Assembly: GCA_003161255.1 (NCBI GenBank)
Contig: PMOQ01000056.1
Coordinates: 25,599 to 89,598 of the forward strand
DNA: 64,000 bases
Direction of reading: 5' to 3'
DNA from: Acidimicrobiaceae bacterium
GTDB lineage: Bacteria > Actinomycetota > Acidimicrobiia > Acidimicrobiales > RAAP-2
This document shows, one piece after another, positions 9,607 through 18,012 of the stretch. Position numbers and translations under genes: made by a program. A model generated the notes under the pieces. It saw only the letters and a list, made by a program, of their open reading frames with translations, did not search any database and was not told the origin of the DNA. The first letter of the stretch is position 1, and every line of letters starts with the position of its first letter.

Positions 9607-10291
9607 GGACGCCGGCGAGCTCTCCACCACCGACCGCACCGGCCTGCGGAGGAGACGTGAGCGCGGCAGCCATGACCGGACGGTCGCTCAGGCGATCCTG
9701 GACGAAGGACTTCTCGCCCACGTCGGGGTGAACGACGGGGGAACGACTGTGGTGACCCCGATGACATACGCGCGCGTCGACGAGCAGCTCTATCTGCACG
9801 GCTCGCCGGCCAACCGCACGCTCCGGCTGATCGCCGACGGGGCCGAGGCATGCGTCACGGTGACCCTCCTCGATGCCCTCGTGCTCGCCCGGGCCGCCTT
9901 TCACCATTCGATGAACTACCGCTGCGTGATGCTCTACGGCACCGGCACCGTGGTTGAGGACGACGCGGAGAAGCTGGCCGCGAGTGCCGCTCTCCTCGAA
10001 CACATGGCCGCCGGGCGCAGCGCCGATGCGAGGATGCCGTCGCAGCTCGAGCTCCGTTCCACGCTCATCGTCCGCTTTGCCATCGACGAGGGTTCGGCGA
10101 AGGTGCGCACCGGTGGGCCGGTGGACGAGGACGAGGACCTCGCCCTGCCCATTTGGGCCGGACAGATTCCATTCGATCTCGTCGCGGGGACGGGCATCGC
10201 CGAGCCCGATCTCCCCGACGGCACGGCGGTACCGCCGTACGCAACCCGGTACCCGGCGCGCGGCCCTGTCCGGAACACTGACACGCACTAG
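9557..10291 (+). CDS. pyridoxamine 5-phosphate oxidase family (flavin-nucleotide-binding) protein
   Basis: 244-aa ORF: ...AILDEGLLAHVGVNDGGTTVVTPMTYARVDEQLYLHGSPANRTLRL...FHHSMNYRCVMLYG, typical of Pyridox_ox_2 proteins. The only canonical start (ATG 9557) overlaps bcp by 50 nt. Confidence 0.7.
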   Translation: MPTRHSKFCGPVQARPEDAGELSTTDRTGLRRRRERGSHDRTVAQAILDEGLLAHVGVNDGGTTVVTPMTYARVDEQLYLHGSPANRTLRLIADGAEACVTVTLLDALVLARAAFHHSMNYRCVMLYGTGTVVEDDAEKLAASAALLEHMAAGRSADARMPSQLELRSTLIVRFAIDEGSAKVRTGGPVDEDEDLALPIWAGQIPFDLVAGTGIAEPDLPDGTAVPPYATRYPARGPVRNTDTH

Positions 10292-10334
10292 CGACGTTCA
10301 CGGCACCCGCCGGGTGCCCCCGTAGGCTGCCCCG

Positions 10335-11633
10335 ATGGCCCGCCGGATCCTGGTCGACCCCGCGCCGTTGCGCGAGAGCCGCGACTTCCGGCTGCTGTTC
10401 TTCGGCCAGCTCGTCTCGACCATCGGCTCGCAGCTCACGGTCGTCGCCATCCCCTTCCAGGTGTACGCCCAGACGCACTCGTCGTTCCAGGTCGGTGCGA
10501 TCAGCCTGGCCCAGCTCATCCCGCTGGTGGTGGGGTCGTTGATCGGCGGCTCGGTGGGCGACGCCATCGATCGGCGCACTCTCCTCGTGATTTCGAGCGT
10601 CGCGCTGATGGTCTCGAGTGGCGTATTGGCGCTGAACGCGGTGGCCGCCCACCCCGCTCTCTGGGCGCTCTACGTGATCAGCGCGGCAGCAGCGGGCTTG
10701 ACCGGCTTTTCCAACCCGGCCCGGAACTCGATTGTCCCGTTCCTGGTCGGAAAGGCGAACCTGGTCGCCGCGCTTTCGTTCCTCCAGGTGCTGTTCCAGG
10801 TCGGTGCGATCGTCGGGCCGGCCATTGCCGGCCTCTTGATCGGCCGCACCGGCTTGGCCTGGGTCTACGGGATCGACGCCCTCACCTTTCTCTCCGTCAT
10901 CGTGGCCACGAGGATGATGAAACCGATCCCGCCCGCCGAGGGCGCCGCTCGTCCCGGCCTCAAGTCGATCGTCGACGGCATCCGGTATCTGCGTGGTCGA
11001 CCGGCCATGCAGGGTGCCTACCTGATCGACATCAACGCCATGGTGTTCGGCATGCCCCGTGCCCTGTTCCCTGCGATCGGCCTCACCGTGCTGCACGGCG
11101 GGCCGACGACAGTCGGCTATCTGTTCGCAGCGCCGGGAGCCGGCGCCTTGATCGGGGCGTTGACGACCGGCTGGGTCGACGGCATCGACCGGCGAGGGCA
11201 CGCGGTGATCGTGGCGGTGATCATCTGGGGCCTGGCCATCACCGCATTCGGCTTCTCCCACGTCCTCGGGGTGTCCATGGTGTTGTTGGCGGTGGCCGGT
11301 TGGGCCGACGTGATCTCGGCGGTGCTGCGGAACACCATCTTGCAGACGGTCGTCCCCGAAGCCTTTCGAAGTCGGATCGTGTCCATCCAGCTCGCGGTCG
11401 TCCAGGGCGGCCCACGGCTCGGCGACCTCGAATCCGGAGGCGTGGCCACGCTCGCCGGTACCCAGTTCTCGGTCGTGTCCGGTGGGGCCCTGTGTGTCGT
11501 CGGCGCGGTGGCGCTGGCCCTCGCGATGCCCGGTTTCCGACACCATCGTGCGTCGGACATCCCCGGAGAGCCCGAGGAGCCGGACCCGTTCTCGATCGGG
11601 CCGATCACCGAAGACGGCCTCGCCGAGCCGTAG
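10335..11633 (+). CDS. MFS transporter (MFS_3 / EntS-like family)
   Basis: 432-aa ORF with about 12 hydrophobic segments. N-terminus: RDFRLLFFGQLVSTIGSQLTVVAIPFQVY. TAGGCT lies 6 nt upstream of the ATG. Confidence 0.8.
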   Translation: MARRILVDPAPLRESRDFRLLFFGQLVSTIGSQLTVVAIPFQVYAQTHSSFQVGAISLAQLIPLVVGSLIGGSVGDAIDRRTLLVISSVALMVSSGVLALNAVAAHPALWALYVISAAAAGLTGFSNPARNSIVPFLVGKANLVAALSFLQVLFQVGAIVGPAIAGLLIGRTGLAWVYGIDALTFLSVIVATRMMKPIPPAEGAARPGLKSIVDGIRYLRGRPAMQGAYLIDINAMVFGMPRALFPAIGLTVLHGGPTTVGYLFAAPGAGALIGALTTGWVDGIDRRGHAVIVAVIIWGLAITAFGFSHVLGVSMVLLAVAGWADVISAVLRNTILQTVVPEAFRSRIVSIQLAVVQGGPRLGDLESGGVATLAGTQFSVVSGGALCVVGAVALALAMPGFRHHRASDIPGEPEEPDPFSIGPITEDGLAEP

Positions 11634-11675
11634 CCGGGCCGGCGCCGAACGGGATCGCCCGCGTAGGCTGAGATC

Positions 11676-12014
11676 GTGCCGTTTCTCGGTCCCGAGGACA
11701 TGTTGTCCGCCGAGCCTCTCCCCGGCTGGAACGCCCGGTTCTTCCACGCCGAGAACATGACCTTCTCGCACTACGAGATCGCCGAGGGTTCGCCGGCGCT
11801 GCACGAACACCACCACCCAGAAGAAGAGGTCTGGAACGTCATTGACGGCCAAATCGCGATCGCGGTCCGCGGCGAGGAGCGGACGCTCGGCCCGGGCGAC
11901 GTCGCGATCATTCCGCCCGACACGCCCCATTCCGCCCGCCCGCTCACGGCTTGTCGGGTCGTGATCGCCGACCACCCCCGGCGCGAGTCGTTGCCCGGCG
12001 TGGGTAACACCTAA
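11676..12014 (+). CDS. cupin domain protein
   Basis: 112-aa ORF with cupin motifs HEHHHPEEEVWNVIDG and GPGDVAIIPPDTPH. TAGGCT lies 6 nt upstream of the GTG. Confidence 0.7.
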   Translation: MPFLGPEDMLSAEPLPGWNARFFHAENMTFSHYEIAEGSPALHEHHHPEEEVWNVIDGQIAIAVRGEERTLGPGDVAIIPPDTPHSARPLTACRVVIADHPRRESLPGVGNT

Positions 12015-12035
12015 AGGTTCAGCCACGCTTGAGCT

Positions 12036-13415
12036 CTAGACCCGGGCGGCGTCCTGGAAGCGTGCGTAGTGGCTCACAAACGCCAGGTGGGCGGACCCCG
12101 TGGGGCCATTGCGGTGCTTGGCCACGATGATCTCCGCGTCACCACGACGTTCGATCGGGATGTCCCGGTCGTACTGCTCTTCCCGATAGATGAACAGCAC
12201 CACGTCGGCGTCCTGTTCGAGCGAGCCCGACTCCCGGAGGTCCGACAGCATCGGCCGCTTGTCCTGGCGCGCCTCGAGACCGCGAGAAAGCTGGGACAGC
12301 GCGATCACCGGCGTCTCGAGCTCACGGGCCAGGATCTTGAGGCTCCGGCTGATCTCGGCCACCTCCACCTGGCGGTTCTCCGCCCTTGCCCGACCGGTCA
12401 TGAGTTGGAGATAATCGACCACCACCACGCCGAGGTCGCCTTCGGTCTTCCGCAGCCGACGGGCGCGGGCGCGGATGTCCATGACGGACACGGTCGGATT
12501 GTCGTCGATGAAGATTGGTGCGCTGTCGAGTCGACTCACAGCGACGCCGAGCTTCCTCCAGTCGTCCTCTTGGAGCCGGCCGGTCCGGACACGCTGTCCA
12601 TCGACACGCGCCTCCGAGGCCAACAGGCGCTGACACAACTCCAGGTGGCCCATTTCGAGGGAGAACAGGAGGCTCGGCCGCTTGAGGACCACGCCCACGT
12701 GGGCCAGGATTCCAAGGGCCAGGCTGGTTTTTCCCGTGGCGGGCCGGGCTCCGACGATGGTGAGGCTGGACGGCTGCAGTCCCGCCAGGATCTTGTCGAG
12801 GTCGGCGTACCCTGTCGTGATCCCGGTGACGGTGTCGCGGCCATGCGAGAGCTCTTCGATGCGGTCCAGGCTCGGCATCAAGACGTCGTGGAGCGACTTG
12901 ATCGACTCCGTCGTCCTCCGCTGGGCGACGTTGAAGATCTTTGCCTCCATCTGGTCGATCGCACCCTCGACGTCCTCGGGCACGCTGTAGCCGATGTCGG
13001 CGATCTCGCCCGCCACCCCGATCATCCGGCGGAGCAGCGCATGCTCTTCGACGATCCGCGCGTAGTGCATCGCGTTGGCGATCGAGGGGGTGTTGGCTTG
13101 CAGGGAAACCAGAACAGCGGGGTCCCCGACCGAATCGATGAGGCCCGATCGGGTCAGCTCGTCCCTGACCGTGACCGCGTCGATCGGTTCGCCGCGTTCG
13201 AAGAGGGCCATGATTGCGCCGAAGATGTGTCCGTGGGCGGGCTTGTAGAAATCCTCAGCTCCGCAGATCTCGATGGCCGCGGCGGTGGCATCCCCCGATA
13301 GGAGCATGGCGCCGAGCAAGGACTCCTCGGCCTCGAGGTTGTTGGGCGGGATTCGGGCCATCCCGACCGAGCCGCGGATGGGGCGGGGTCGGCTGTCGTC
13401 GAGTACCTGCACCAT
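12036..13415 (-). CDS. dnaB: replicative DNA helicase DnaB (no intein)
   Basis: PPNNLEAEESLLGAMLL, Walker A GARPATGKTSLAL, VVVVDYLQLM, ALSQLSR. Start is either ATG 13415 or ATG 13361. A length of 441-459 aa excludes an intein. Confidence 0.9.
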   Translation of the reverse strand: MVQVLDDSRPRPIRGSVGMARIPPNNLEAEESLLGAMLLSGDATAAAIEICGAEDFYKPAHGHIFGAIMALFERGEPIDAVTVRDELTRSGLIDSVGDPAVLVSLQANTPSIANAMHYARIVEEHALLRRMIGVAGEIADIGYSVPEDVEGAIDQMEAKIFNVAQRRTTESIKSLHDVLMPSLDRIEELSHGRDTVTGITTGYADLDKILAGLQPSSLTIVGARPATGKTSLALGILAHVGVVLKRPSLLFSLEMGHLELCQRLLASEARVDGQRVRTGRLQEDDWRKLGVAVSRLDSAPIFIDDNPTVSVMDIRARARRLRKTEGDLGVVVVDYLQLMTGRARAENRQVEVAEISRSLKILARELETPVIALSQLSRGLEARQDKRPMLSDLRESGSLEQDADVVLFIYREEQYDRDIPIERRGDAEIIVAKHRNGPTGSAHLAFVSHYARFQDAARV

Positions 13416-13656
13416 CGTGCTCACAACCCTGACCGAAACGCCTGTGAAGCGGAAGACGTAGAACCTGGGGATTCCGCGCACGAAAGCCCAGGTCGCACCT
13501 GTGGCCGATCCTGTGGACACACGGTGGAGATCGCGCGGCCCTCTGGGGAGGACCCAGGGCTGACGAGCGGACGACCCGGCCGGGAATGGGCGCTCACCAT
13601 GCCACCAGGGTGAGCCCTCGATGTGACAGCGGGGACCGACGCGGCCCGGAACAGCC

Positions 13657-14106
13657 TCAGTCCGAGGCTGTGACCTCGACCGAGACGTTCACCGACAGAT
13701 CACCGAAGAGCCGCACAGGCACCTCGACGAGACCGACTGACTTGATCGGTTCCGCCAACGCGATCGACTCGCGATCGAGTTCGATACCCTTCTGCGCGGC
13801 AACCGCTTCTGCGATCTCCACAGCGGTCACCGACCCAAAGAGTCGACCCGTCGAACCCGCTCGTGCCGCGATGGTGATCGTGATACCGCTGAGCGCGTCG
13901 GCCTGGGTCTTTGCCGCTTCCTCGTCGCGCGCGCTCCGGAGATCCCTGGCGCGACGCATCGATCCGGCCTGTCCCGCGATCCCGTCGGTCGCCTTCAGAG
14001 CTTGACCGGTCGGAAAGAGAAAGTTACGCGCGTAGCCGTCGGCGACATCGACGATGTCGCCGCGTTGGCCCACGCCTTCGACGTCACCCCGCAGAAGCAC
14101 CCGCAT
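13657..14106 (-). CDS. rplI: 50S ribosomal protein L9
   Basis: [40 protein letters not shown]... The start overlaps the rpsR stop (TGATG). Confidence 0.9.
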   Translation of the reverse strand: MRVLLRGDVEGVGQRGDIVDVADGYARNFLFPTGQALKATDGIAGQAGSMRRARDLRSARDEEAAKTQADALSGITITIAARAGSTGRLFGSVTAVEIAEAVAAQKGIELDRESIALAEPIKSVGLVEVPVRLFGDLSVNVSVEVTASD

Positions 14107-14636
14107 CAGGACTCCTCGGCGGTCACATCGGCGATGGCCACCTCGGCAACGCTGTCCGGAGCATCTGCTGCCACATCGCCACCTTCGGACGCTGCCACTT
14201 CCCCACCTTCGGACTCAGCACCATCCGTTGTCGGGGAGTCGGTCGACTCGGGCGCTCGGGAAGGACCGTCTTCGGAGTCACTCCGCGGCCCCCGTCGCTC
14301 ACCGGGCCCCCGGCCATCACGACCGCCATCACGACCCGAACCTCGCCGTCCGCCCGGCCGTTCCGTGACCGTCCGTTGCGTGTACGGAAGCAGCACCAGC
14401 TCTCGAGCCGTCTTGATCGCCATCGCTATGCCGCGCTGATGCTGTGCGCAGTTCCCGGTCACTCGCCGCGACCGGATCTTGCCGCGGTCGCTCATGTACT
14501 TGCGGAGCAACGACACGTCCTTGTAGTCAACCCAGACGATGTTGTCGCGACACAGCGCGCACGGCTTCTTCTTGACTCTGCGGCCGACATCCTTCGATGC
14601 TCGCCGCGTGGTGTTGCGCAGATTGCCTCGCGCCAT
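14106..14636 (-). CDS. rpsR: 30S ribosomal protein S18 with an ~88-aa RGG-rich then acidic C-terminal extension
   Basis: The S18 core ([64 protein letters not shown]) ends near residue 88. The ORF continues to residue 176. Confidence 0.85.
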   Translation of the reverse strand: MARGNLRNTTRRASKDVGRRVKKKPCALCRDNIVWVDYKDVSLLRKYMSDRGKIRSRRVTGNCAQHQRGIAMAIKTARELVLLPYTQRTVTERPGGRRGSGRDGGRDGRGPGERRGPRSDSEDGPSRAPESTDSPTTDGAESEGGEVAASEGGDVAADAPDSVAEVAIADVTAEES

Positions 14637-15110
14637 TTAGAAGGGCTCCTCGTCGTGTCCGTACCCGCCGCTCTGGGGTTCCTGGGTCGCTGGCGCGGCG
14701 GCCGGTGGGCGACCGCCGCTCCTGCCGCCGCCATCACTCGGACCGCGGCGGTCGTTCTTCGTCACCTGAGCCGTGGCCCAGCGCAAGGACGGGCCGATCT
14801 CGTCGGCGACGACCTCGACCTTGGAGCGCTTGTCCCCTTCCTGGGTCTCCCAACTCCGCTGCTCGAGCCGGCCGGCCACCATCACGCGTGAACCGCGGAC
14901 GAGCGACTCGCTCACGTTTTCCGCCATCTCTCGCCAGCAGACGACGTCGAAGAAGCTCGTCGCTTCCTCCCACTCCTGGGTCTGTCGGTTCTGCCAGCGT
15001 CGGTTGACGGCAAGTCCGAAGGACGCCGTCGCCTGTCCGGTGTTGGTAAATCTGAGTTCTGGATCCCGGGTCACGTTTCCGACCAACACGACTGCGTTGT
15101 CCGTGGGCAT
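14637..15110 (-). CDS. ssb: single-stranded DNA-binding protein
   Basis: OB-fold N-terminus (VVLVGNVTRDPELRFTNTGQATASFGLAVNRRW), a Gly/Pro-rich linker, and the acidic tip DEEPF. Confidence 0.9.
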   Translation of the reverse strand: MPTDNAVVLVGNVTRDPELRFTNTGQATASFGLAVNRRWQNRQTQEWEEATSFFDVVCWREMAENVSESLVRGSRVMVAGRLEQRSWETQEGDKRSKVEVVADEIGPSLRWATAQVTKNDRRGPSDGGGRSGGRPPAAAPATQEPQSGGYGHDEEPF

Positions 15111-15141
15111 GGTTACCTCCTTGTATGCGGTCCGACCGGGC

Positions 15142-15492
15142 TCAACCGGCCGGGTCCGCTGAAACGGCCTCGGGAGCTGCCGCGCCCTTGGATCGGCCGG
15201 CCACCTTGTCCGGCAGCCGAATGACCTTGTGGCGGATGACCTCGTCGGCCAGGGTGAGAAGTCGTCCGAGGTCGTCGACGGTCTGGGTCTCCCCCGTCAG
15301 CTCTATCAGGACGTAGTAACCCTCGCGCTTGTGGTTGACCTCGTACGCGAACGGTCGGCGTCCCCAACGGTCGACGGTACCGGGATTGCCCCCGGAGGAC
15401 CGGATCGTCTCAAGGGTGCGGTCAACGACGGCCTGGATGGCCGACGGATCGGCGGCGGCGTCGAAAATGACCATGACTTCATAAGGCCGCAT
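15142..15492 (-). CDS. rpsF: 30S ribosomal protein S6
   Basis: Internal start MRPYEVMVIFDAAADPSAIQAVVDR... of track ORF 15142..15864. 116 aa. Confidence 0.9.
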   Translation of the reverse strand: MRPYEVMVIFDAAADPSAIQAVVDRTLETIRSSGGNPGTVDRWGRRPFAYEVNHKREGYYVLIELTGETQTVDDLGRLLTLADEVIRHKVIRLPDKVAGRSKGAAAPEAVSADPAG

Positions 15493-15643
15493 GCGGGCCC
15501 ACCTCCCTCTGGACCGGGCCCAGTTGGCGCCCGGGCCCCGCGCGGTGCGGGGCAGGGTGATCGTGCACGCTCCACCGGGGTGGATCGTCGATCGGCTCAG
15601 CGATGCTACTTCAAGCGGCGTCGGCTTCTCACCGGCGCTTCCT

Positions 15644-16498
15644 TCAGGTCGTTTCGGACCTCGGGTCGAGGGCCTGGCGGAGCTCATGTGAGGACTCGTA
15701 GCTCTCCCCAGGCCCCGGAAAGGCGCCGGTGCGAACGTCTGCGGCGAACTCGGCCAGAGCTTTGGTCGCGTCCTCGGCCAGATTGGCGTACTGACGGACG
15801 AACTTGGCCGTCCTGCGCGTGCCAAGGCCCAGTACGTCGTGGAACACCAGCACCTGTCCGTCACAGCCGGGTCCGGCGCCGATCCCGATGGTGGGCACGT
15901 CGACCGACGCAGTCACGGCGGTTCCGACAGCGTCCGGAACCCCTTCGATGACCATGGCGAAACAGCCGGCGGCCGTGATGGCGGACGCGTCCTCGAGCAG
16001 GACGCTGGCTCCGTCGACATTGCGACCCTGGACCCGCATACCGCCCATGGCGTGGACCGATTGCGGGGTGAGCCCGATGTGGCCCATCACCGGGATCTCT
16101 GCGTTGATGATCGCCTCGATCGTCGGCACCCGCTTGCGTCCACCTTCGAGCTTCACGCACTGCGCTCCGGCTCGGATCAGTCGGGCTGCGTTGCGAACGG
16201 ACTCCTCCGCGTTGACGTGGTAGCTCATCCACGGCATGTCGCCCACAATTAGACAGTCGGGCTTGGCTCTGGCCACCGCAGCCACGTGCCGCTCCATGTC
16301 GTCGATCGTGACGCCCAGCGTGTCCTCGTACCCGAGAACGTTGTCGGCCACCGTGTCGCCCACGAGGATGATGTCGACCCCGGCAGCCGACGCGATCACC
16401 GCCGTCGGGTGGTCGTAGGCCGTCACCATCACGATCGGCTCGGCGCCGTCGCGGCGCTTTCGTGACCGAAGTGTGCGAACCGAAGGGATCGGGCTCAC
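15644..16498 (-). CDS. panB: 3-methyl-2-oxobutanoate hydroxymethyltransferase
   Basis: IVMVTAYDHPTAVIASAAGVDIILVGDTVADNVLGYEDTL...VKLEGG...PVMGHIGLTPQS. GTG at 16498 overlaps the upstream stop (GTGA). Confidence 0.9.
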   Translation of the reverse strand: MSPIPSVRTLRSRKRRDGAEPIVMVTAYDHPTAVIASAAGVDIILVGDTVADNVLGYEDTLGVTIDDMERHVAAVARAKPDCLIVGDMPWMSYHVNAEESVRNAARLIRAGAQCVKLEGGRKRVPTIEAIINAEIPVMGHIGLTPQSVHAMGGMRVQGRNVDGASVLLEDASAITAAGCFAMVIEGVPDAVGTAVTASVDVPTIGIGAGPGCDGQVLVFHDVLGLGTRRTAKFVRQYANLAEDATKALAEFAADVRTGAFPGPGESYESSHELRQALDPRSETT

Positions 16499-16929
16499 AA
16501 CGCCCGTCCGGTCCTCTGGCCTTCTCTCTTTCCGCCAGCCGGGTACTTCCGGGTGAGGTGATGCCACGCACAGTCAGGGCAGACCTCAACGTCGTAACAG
16601 AGCACGGGCTCGCTCCGACGGCGGAGACGGTTGAGCTCGGTCGCCGACCCGGGGCATCGACCGCCGGGCGGAAGTCGAGTGCCGAACACGTAGGTAACCT
16701 CGACGGTGCCGGTGGCTTCGCAGATCGGGCAAGTCTCCCCGCTCGGCTTGCCGACGTTGCGCGCCGCTCGGAGCAGTTCGGGGTGGGCGTCACAGACGTC
16801 TTCTCGTCCGAGCCGTCCCTTCTGCACGTCACGCACGATGGCGTTGCGCATCAGGCGGTACTCAACGCGCGCTTCGCGCGCCCCAGCGTCACTCGCCTTG
16901 GGCGCTCCTGGCCGCGGCGTCATCGTCAT
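16495..16929 (-). CDS. DUF5318-like conserved actinobacterial protein (Cys-rich)
   Basis: Internal start MTMTPRPG... of ORF 16495..17238. VEYRLMRNAIVRDVQKGRLGREDVCDAHPELLRAA...CPICEA...CPDCAWHHL. It holds the same relative position as Rv0049 near padR-ino1 in mycobacteria, recalled from memory. Confidence 0.7.
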   Translation of the reverse strand: MTMTPRPGAPKASDAGAREARVEYRLMRNAIVRDVQKGRLGREDVCDAHPELLRAARNVGKPSGETCPICEATGTVEVTYVFGTRLPPGGRCPGSATELNRLRRRSEPVLCYDVEVCPDCAWHHLTRKYPAGGKREGQRTGRAL

Positions 16930-17101
16930 CGGAAGACAGGCTAGCCCTCCGACTTTTCCGGACCCCGCACGGCTGGAACGCGCTTTTCGGCACTCGATTT
17001 CCGGCCGTGTCCGGAATCCCCCGGCGTTGTCCTGCCGTCCAATCTCTCGGCGGCCGATCCATGCCAAATGCAGGGCTTTTGGCTGAGAACTGTGCCTGGC
17101 G

Positions 17102-17119
17102 CGACCTTGATCAAGGTCG
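17102..17119. promoter_or_regulatory. perfect 18-bp palindrome CGACCTTGATCAAGGTCG, a candidate operator 9 nt upstream of the glycerophosphodiesterase start
   Basis: Verified by hand to equal its own reverse complement. It sits in the divergent DUF5318 / GDPD spacer. Confidence 0.45.
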
Positions 17120-17128
17120 GATGACACG

Positions 17129-17875
17129 ATGGCCGCCGTGTCTCCCACCGTGGTGGCCCATCGGGGCGCCTCCGCCGCCCGGCCCGAGAACACCATGACC
17201 GCCTTCGAGTGGGCCAAGACGGCCGGGGCGGGGGCCATCGAGTTCGACGTGCACGCGACATCCGACGGGGCGCTGGTCGTGCATCACGACTTCACGCTGG
17301 ACCGCACCACGTCGGGGACCGGGCTGGTCGTCGAGCGACCGCTCGCCTACGTGCGGGCGCTGGACGCCGGCTCGTGGTTCGACCCCGCCTATTCGGGCGA
17401 GCGGGTCCCGCTTCTCGACGAGGTGCTCGCGATCGAGGGGATCGAGCTCGAGCTCGAGCTGAAGGGGTTCGGCGCGACGTTCCTCGAGGCCGCAGTGGAG
17501 ACGGTGGTCGCGCGCGGCGCGCTGGGACGCACCGAGTTCACCTCATTCAACCTGCCGATGCTCGTCGCGCTCAAGCGGGCGCATCCCGAAGCCCGGCTCG
17601 GACTCTTCACCCGTCGGCGTGAGCCGTGGATGCCCGAGTCGATCCTCCTTCGCCAGGCCGTCTCGGTGGCCTCCCTCGGGGGCTTCGACGTGGTCCATGT
17701 CTTCGCCGCCGACGTCACCCCGAGGATCGTGGCTGCGCTGCACGCCGAGGGCTTCGTCGTCCACGCCAACGACGCCGCCGATGAGGGGGAGATGCGCGGA
17801 GCGCTTGGCGCCGGCGTCGATCGGTTCTCGGCCAACGACCTCGGGCTGGCGGTCGAGGTGGCTGCGGGCGGCTAG
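17129..17875 (+). CDS. glycerophosphodiester phosphodiesterase (GDPD family)
   Basis: VVAHRGASAARPENTMTAFEWAKTAGAGAIEFDVHATSDGALVVHHDFTLDRTT, the canonical GDPD N-terminal motif. Confidence 0.85.
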   Translation: MAAVSPTVVAHRGASAARPENTMTAFEWAKTAGAGAIEFDVHATSDGALVVHHDFTLDRTTSGTGLVVERPLAYVRALDAGSWFDPAYSGERVPLLDEVLAIEGIELELELKGFGATFLEAAVETVVARGALGRTEFTSFNLPMLVALKRAHPEARLGLFTRRREPWMPESILLRQAVSVASLGGFDVVHVFAADVTPRIVAALHAEGFVVHANDAADEGEMRGALGAGVDRFSANDLGLAVEVAAGG

Positions 17876-17984
17876 CGGAGTGGTCTTGGCGCTCAGCGGT
17901 TCTCCTCACGGGCGCGCCTGCGCCAGCCCAAGGCCTCTATCTGGGTGTACCCAATAGGTCAGTGGCACAATTTCGGTTGCGTCG

Positions 17985-18003
17985 CTATATCGATTCGATA
18001 TAG
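17985..18003. promoter_or_regulatory. 19-bp palindrome CTATATCGA-T-TCGATATAG overlapping a TATAGT -10 box, a candidate PadR auto-operator
   Basis: The 9-nt arms are exact reverse complements. TATAGT (17999..18004) lies 8 nt upstream of the padR ATG at 18013. Confidence 0.5.
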
Positions 18004-18012
18004 TTGTCCGCG

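Noticed and set aside
8193-9639. Minus-strand ORFs 8193..8672 (159 aa) and 8587..9639 (350 aa) overlapping the response regulator and bcp
   Set aside because: These are antisense frames with low-complexity composition. The plus-strand genes carry complete receiver, winged-helix and peroxiredoxin motifs.
10065-12026. 653-aa minus-strand ORF
   Set aside because: It is antisense to the MFS transporter and cupin genes. Composition is dominated by R, G, D, H and P with no motifs. The plus-strand genes have clear TM periodicity, cupin motifs and promoter boxes.
13652-13670. Hairpin CAGCCTC-(5 nt)-GAGGCTG at the end of rplI
   Set aside because: The stem straddles the rplI stop codon rather than following it, and there is no T-rich tail. 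It is noted under the dnaB-spacer finding but not called as a terminator.
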